Assembly (NCBI RefSeq): GCF_000020385.1
Contig: NC_010814.1
Span: 2,880,001 to 2,912,000, forward strand
Length of the DNA stretch: 32,000 nucleotides
Direction: 5' to 3'
Source of the DNA: Trichlorobacter lovleyi SZ
Lineage (GTDB): Bacteria; Desulfobacterota; Desulfuromonadia; Geobacterales; Pseudopelobacteraceae
Shown here piece by piece: positions 25,936 through 32,000 of this stretch. Under the pieces are notes generated by a model, which was not told the DNA's origin, made no database searches, and worked only from the letters and a program-made list of their open reading frames with translations. Each line of letters begins with the position of its first letter. The first letter of the stretch is position 1. Both the position numbers and the translations under genes were made by a program.

Positions 25936-27359
25936 AACTCTTCCGCCCTGAAGAAGAATGTGGCGTATTCGGCATCTATGGCCACCCCGAAGCAGCCAAC
26001 CTGACCTATCTGGGGCTGTACGCCCTGCAGCATCGCGGCCAGGAAAGCTGCGGCATTGTCTCCTCCGATGGCACCGGTCTCCATGCCCACAAACGGATGG
26101 GACTGGTGGCCGATGTGTTCGGTAACCAGAAGGTCTTTGAAAAACTGCCGGGCAAGGCAGCCATCGGCCATGTGCGCTACTCCACGGCCGGGGCCTCGGT
26201 GGAAAAGAACGTCCAGCCGATCATGGTGGATTACTCCCGCGGCTCCATTGCCGTGGCCCACAACGGTAATCTGGTCAACGCCAACCTGCTCAAGGCGGAG
26301 CTGGAGGCCTACGGTTCCATCTTCCAGACCACCATGGACACCGAGATCATCATCCACCTGCTGGCCATTTCCCGTACCCACTCGCTGGTTGAGCGGATCG
26401 GTGATGCTCTGAACCGGGTCAAAGGGGCCTATTGCCTGCTGTTCCTGACCGAGTCCCGCATGATCGCCGTGCGTGACCCCCACGGCTTCCGCCCCCTGTG
26501 CCTGGGCAAGCTGGGAGACGGCTGGGTGGTGGCGTCAGAGAGCTGCGCCCTGGATCTGATTGAGGCAGAGTTTGTCAGGGAAGTAGAGCCGGGTGAGATG
26601 CTGATCTTTACCAAGGATGGCCAGATGCAGTCGCTGTTCCCGTTCAAGAAGATCGAACCGACCCCCTGCATCTTTGAATTTGTCTACTTTGCCCGACCCG
26701 ACTCCAACATCTTTGGCAAGAACGTCTATCAGGTACGCAAGGAACTGGGGCGGCAACTGGCCCGTGAATACAAGGTGGATGCCGACGTGGTGATCGCTGT
26801 GCCGGACTCCGGCGTGCCGGCAGCCATGGGCTATGCCGAGGAGGCAGGCATACCGTTTGAGCTGGGGCTGATCCGCAACCACTATGTGGGACGTACCTTT
26901 ATCGAACCGGCCCAGTCGATCCGTCACTTCGGGGTCAAGATCAAGCTGAACCCGGTGCGGGAGCTGCTGGAAGGCAAACGGGTGGTGGTGATCGACGACT
27001 CGATCGTACGGGGTACCACCTCCCGCAAGATCGTCAAGATGGTGCGCAATGCCGGGGCCAAAGAGGTGCATATGCGCATCTCCTCCCCCCCCACCAGCTA
27101 CCCCTGCTTCTACGGGATCGATACCCCCAACCGCAAAGAACTGATCTCCTCCTCCCACACCCTGGACGAGATCCGGCGCTACATCACCGCCGACACCCTG
27201 GGCTACCTGTCAGAGGAAGGGCTGGTAAAGGCCACCGGTCTCAAGCACAGCTTCTGTACCGCCTGTTTTACCGGCGAGTACCCGATCAACTTCCCGATGC
27301 CGTCACAGATTCCCCAAATGGGATTATTTTCCAAAGACGAGGAGTATATTGAGCAATGA
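25932..27359 (+). CDS. purF: Amidophosphoribosyltransferase.
   Basis: 475 aa. Propeptide MKLFRPEEE then the Ntn Cys (CGVFGIYG). PRPP motif [14 protein letters not shown]-terminal Cys ligands [10 protein letters not shown]. Confidence 0.97.
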   Translation: MKLFRPEEECGVFGIYGHPEAANLTYLGLYALQHRGQESCGIVSSDGTGLHAHKRMGLVADVFGNQKVFEKLPGKAAIGHVRYSTAGASVEKNVQPIMVDYSRGSIAVAHNGNLVNANLLKAELEAYGSIFQTTMDTEIIIHLLAISRTHSLVERIGDALNRVKGAYCLLFLTESRMIAVRDPHGFRPLCLGKLGDGWVVASESCALDLIEAEFVREVEPGEMLIFTKDGQMQSLFPFKKIEPTPCIFEFVYFARPDSNIFGKNVYQVRKELGRQLAREYKVDADVVIAVPDSGVPAAMGYAEEAGIPFELGLIRNHYVGRTFIEPAQSIRHFGVKIKLNPVRELLEGKRVVVIDDSIVRGTTSRKIVKMVRNAGAKEVHMRISSPPTSYPCFYGIDTPNRKELISSSHTLDEIRRYITADTLGYLSEEGLVKATGLKHSFCTACFTGEYPINFPMPSQIPQMGLFSKDEEYIEQ

Positions 27360-27907
27360 CTGACCGCGAAAAGCTGAAGCAGATCATCCTGGAGCTGTCC
27401 TACGAAAAACGTCTGGTAACCCTGGCTTCCGGCCGCCAGAGCGACTTTTACTTTGATGGTAAGCAGACCACCCTGCATAGCGAAGGCGGCCTGCTGGTGG
27501 GCAAACTGTTCTACGAGGCGATCAAGGATGTACCGGGCGTACAGGCCGTGGGAGGCATTACCCTGGGTGCCGATCCGATCGCCACCGCCACCTCCATCGC
27601 CGCCTGCCTGGACGGCAAGCCGCTGCATGCCTTTATCATCCGCAAGGAGCCCAAGGGGCACGGCACCGGCCAGTGGCTGGAAGGACGCAAGAATCTGCCC
27701 CCCGGCACCAAGGTGGTGATTGTTGAGGATGTGGTCACCACCGGCGGTTCCTCCATGAAGGCGGTCAACCGCGCCAAGGAGGAAGGGCTGGACGTGCTGG
27801 GGATCGTCTCGCTGGTGGACCGTGAAGAGGGCGGCCGCGAGAACATTGAAGCTGAAGGCTACTGGCTCAAAGCGATCTTTACCAAATCACAATTAGTCGG
27901 TGAATGA
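27356..27907 (+). CDS. pyrE: Orotate phosphoribosyltransferase.
   Basis: 183 aa. [12 protein letters not shown] and PRPP-binding [13 protein letters not shown]. Confidence 0.94.
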   Translation: MTDREKLKQIILELSYEKRLVTLASGRQSDFYFDGKQTTLHSEGGLLVGKLFYEAIKDVPGVQAVGGITLGADPIATATSIAACLDGKPLHAFIIRKEPKGHGTGQWLEGRKNLPPGTKVVIVEDVVTTGGSSMKAVNRAKEEGLDVLGIVSLVDREEGGRENIEAEGYWLKAIFTKSQLVGE

Positions 27908-28653
27908 GCTCAAAGCAACGACTTGATAAACTGATGGTTGAACGAGGCCTGGCCCCTTCCCGCGAGAAGGCCCAGGCCTTGATCATGGCCGGACAGGTGG
28001 TGGTGGGGGACCATGCCGCCCAAAAGGCCGGGCAACAGGTAACAGATGAGGTTGAGATCAGGATCAAGGGAGAGCTGCTGCCCTACGTCAGTCGCGGAGG
28101 GCTGAAGCTGGCGCAAGGTCTGGATGCCTTTGGAATTGATCCGGCAGGGCGTATCGCCATTGACGTGGGCGCCTCCACCGGCGGCTTTACCGACTGTCTG
28201 CTGCAGCGGGGGGCCAGCCGGGTCTACGCGGTGGATGTGGGCTATGGTCAACTGGCCTGGAAACTCCGTGAGGATGCACGGGTGGTGGTGATGGAAAAGA
28301 CCAACATCCGGCACCTGCAGCCGGAATCCCTTGAACCGCTGCCGGACCTGGCAGTAATCGATGCCTCATTCATCTCCCTCAACCTGGTGCTGCCCCCTAC
28401 CCTCGCATTGCTGAAACGGCCGGCCGAGGTGGTGGCGTTGGTCAAACCTCAATTTGAGGTTGGCAAAGGTGCTGTTGGCAAAGGCGGTATTGTGCGGGAC
28501 CCCAAACTGCACGAAGAGGTGCTGGCCGGTATGGAACGCCTGGCTACCGAACTGGGAGCAGAGCTATTGGGGATCTGCGACTCACCGATTACCGGCGCTG
28601 ACGGCAACCGCGAATTTTTGATGGGATTGCGCATGACAGGAGAAACAGCATGA
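27904..28653 (+). CDS. tlyA: TlyA-family rRNA 2'-O-methyltransferase (S4 domain plus FtsJ-like methyltransferase).
   Basis: 249 aa. S4-like N-terminus [30 protein letters not shown] motif [18 protein letters not shown]. Confidence 0.9.
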   Translation: MSSKQRLDKLMVERGLAPSREKAQALIMAGQVVVGDHAAQKAGQQVTDEVEIRIKGELLPYVSRGGLKLAQGLDAFGIDPAGRIAIDVGASTGGFTDCLLQRGASRVYAVDVGYGQLAWKLREDARVVVMEKTNIRHLQPESLEPLPDLAVIDASFISLNLVLPPTLALLKRPAEVVALVKPQFEVGKGAVGKGGIVRDPKLHEEVLAGMERLATELGAELLGICDSPITGADGNREFLMGLRMTGETA

Positions 28654-28994
28654 GTGACTGCATCTTTTGCAAGATCATCGCCGGAGAGATCCCGGCCAGG
28701 AAGGTCTTTGAGGATGACCTGGTGGTGGTGATTGAGGATATCGCCCCCAAGGCTCCGTTGCATCTGCTGCTGATGCCGAAACGGCACTTCAGCAACTGCC
28801 TGGATATGACAGAGCAGGATGAGGCCGTTGTCGGGCATCTCTTCCGCGTAGCCGGTCAACTGGCCCGTGAACGAGGGCTGTCCGAAGGCGGTTTCCGCCT
28901 GGTGCAGAACAACGGTGCCGATGCCGGACAGACCGTATTCCACCTGCATATCCACCTGCTGGCAGGGCGAGAGCTGCAATGGCCTCCGGGCTAG
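28650..28994 (+). CDS. HIT-family (histidine triad) nucleotide-binding protein.
   Basis: 114 aa. CIFCKII N-terminus and histidine triad HLHIHLL. Confidence 0.9.
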   Translation: MSDCIFCKIIAGEIPARKVFEDDLVVVIEDIAPKAPLHLLLMPKRHFSNCLDMTEQDEAVVGHLFRVAGQLARERGLSEGGFRLVQNNGADAGQTVFHLHIHLLAGRELQWPPG

Positions 28995-29147
28995 CATGGT
29001 GATGGTCTCTTTTCGCCCTGAGCGTATCACGCCTCACAATGACGTCTGCGACGTACCAAGGTGTACGCCTCCGTGCCTTTGCTTGCATGCCGCACTCAGG
29101 AAAGAAAGTATCCTCATCACCGCTGATACTGTGAAAGTGAGAGGCGT

Positions 29148-29336
29148 GTGAAAGCGACTCCAGCCGGAAAACCGAAGAATAATGAGGTTCCCAACAAGCT
29201 CTGCGCCCGCTGCAGGAGAAGTTGCAAGCAGCCGGCCTCCGCCGTAGTCGCCTCCTGCCCGCGCTACTACCCGCTGCACAAAAAACAGCAGATAGTCAAG
29301 GAGTGGAAGCAGCAGGAGCTGTTCGGCGATGCCTGA
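29148..29336 (+). CDS. Hypothetical small Cys-rich basic protein (62 aa, GTG start).
   Basis: Sequence MKATPAGKPKNNEVPNKLCARCRRSCKQPASAVVASCPRYYPLHKKQQIVKEWKQQELFGDA. Four Cys arranged CxxCxxxC...C. GAGAGG lies 5 nt upstream of the GTG. Third codon positions are mostly G/C, as in neighbouring genes. The stop overlaps the ferredoxin start by 8 nt. I recognise no family. Confidence 0.4.
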   Translation: MKATPAGKPKNNEVPNKLCARCRRSCKQPASAVVASCPRYYPLHKKQQIVKEWKQQELFGDA

Positions 29337-29550
29337 TACAACGAGGCAGCCGAAGGCAGCTCCGCTCATCGATACCAGGCGTTGCTCCGGTTGCGGCCGC
29401 TGCGTCGCGGTTTGCCCGGAACGGATCATCACCCTGGAAACAACACACCACCGCAAACATGCCGTCATCACCGAGCCGCATCGCTGCACCACTTGTGGCC
29501 GCTGCATCACGGTCTGCCCGCTTGAGGCGATCTCCAGTTCTCCTTTTTGA
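29329..29550 (+). CDS. Small 2x[4Fe-4S] ferredoxin-type protein.
   Basis: 73 aa with two canonical CxxCxxCxxxCP motifs: CSGCGRCVAVCP and CTTCGRCITVCP. Confidence 0.8.
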   Translation: MPDTTRQPKAAPLIDTRRCSGCGRCVAVCPERIITLETTHHRKHAVITEPHRCTTCGRCITVCPLEAISSSPF

Positions 29551-29683
29551 CCTTGATTTCCCTACCAATGGTGTGATAAAAGGTAATGCTTTTTAATTCA
29601 CACGCCCCAGGCAAAACCGGCGGTGTCCCTTTTGTGACGTGCAGGGATTATACGGGGCGGAGGAAAAACCAAAGGAGAATAGT

Positions 29684-30457
<774 letters not shown>

Positions 30458-30492
30458 TTTCACCGGTTTCACCATTTCAGACGATTACTAAC

Positions 30493-30510
30493 GACCACGC
30501 GGATGTGGTC
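30493..30510 (+). promoter_or_regulatory. Stem-loop GACCAC-GCGGAT-GTGGTC in the rpsB-tsf spacer, immediately 5' of the tsf RBS.
   Basis: Perfect 6-bp stem at 30493-30498 and 30505-30510, followed by CGGAGGA (RBS) and the tsf ATG at 30527. Function not established. Confidence 0.3.
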
Positions 30511-30526
30511 CGGAGGATAGAAAACA

Positions 30527-32000
<1,474 letters not shown>

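Noticed and set aside
29601-29625. CACGCCCCAGGCAAAACCGG looked at first glance like the 5' part of a GEMM-I c-di-GMP riboswitch (CACGCACAGGGCAAACC).
   Set aside because: The rest of the motif is absent. There is no GNRA-capped P1 hairpin followed by GGGACGCAAAGCC and no second hairpin. The site is a ribosomal protein leader, not a typical GEMM context.

Overview
This 32-kb window is chromosomal and moderately GC-rich. Its gene content and order resemble a Geobacter/Desulfuromonadales-type deltaproteobacterium, but that taxon call is inference because no search was possible. Conserved housekeeping genes dominate. They are tightly packed and often share ATGA start/stop overlaps, which suggests translational coupling.

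Contents from left to right:
1. A partial minus-strand membrane sensor with a NIT-like periplasmic domain. The ORF track misses it because it runs off the window. It is divergent from an orphan NMT1/SsuA/NrtA-type periplasmic binding protein and a hybrid histidine kinase.
2. A minus-strand glpK-glpD-NUDIX-glycerate kinase operon.
3. smpB-ssrA, where ssrA is the tmRNA with tag ADNYNTQPVALAA.
4. corA, glnD, xerD and an MBL-fold hydrolase.
5. One IS5-family insertion sequence with candidate inverted repeats and a 4-bp ATAG target duplication, followed by a 96-bp palindromic cluster of CGGAT motifs.
6. A same-strand array of about 11.8 kb: purB, MscS-family channel, DUF4398, OmpA-family protein, purL, a PAS-GGDEF gene, purQ, purF, pyrE, tlyA, HIT.
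7. A small Cys-rich ORF overlapping a 2x[4Fe-4S] ferredoxin.
8. rpsB-tsf-pyrH.

I saw no CRISPR array, rRNA, tRNA, prophage or recognisable defence island.

The most unusual observations are:
- A diguanylate cyclase gene sits exactly at the junction of what looks like a split large-type FGAM synthase (PurL 996 aa + PurQ 275 aa).
- An orphan binding protein and hybrid kinase lie next to a NIT-like sensor.
- A Cys-rich micro-ORF is paired with a ferredoxin.
- A CGGAT palindromic element lies next to the IS.

I do not see convincing evidence for a wholly new multi-gene system. The findings are hypotheses to check, not established discoveries.
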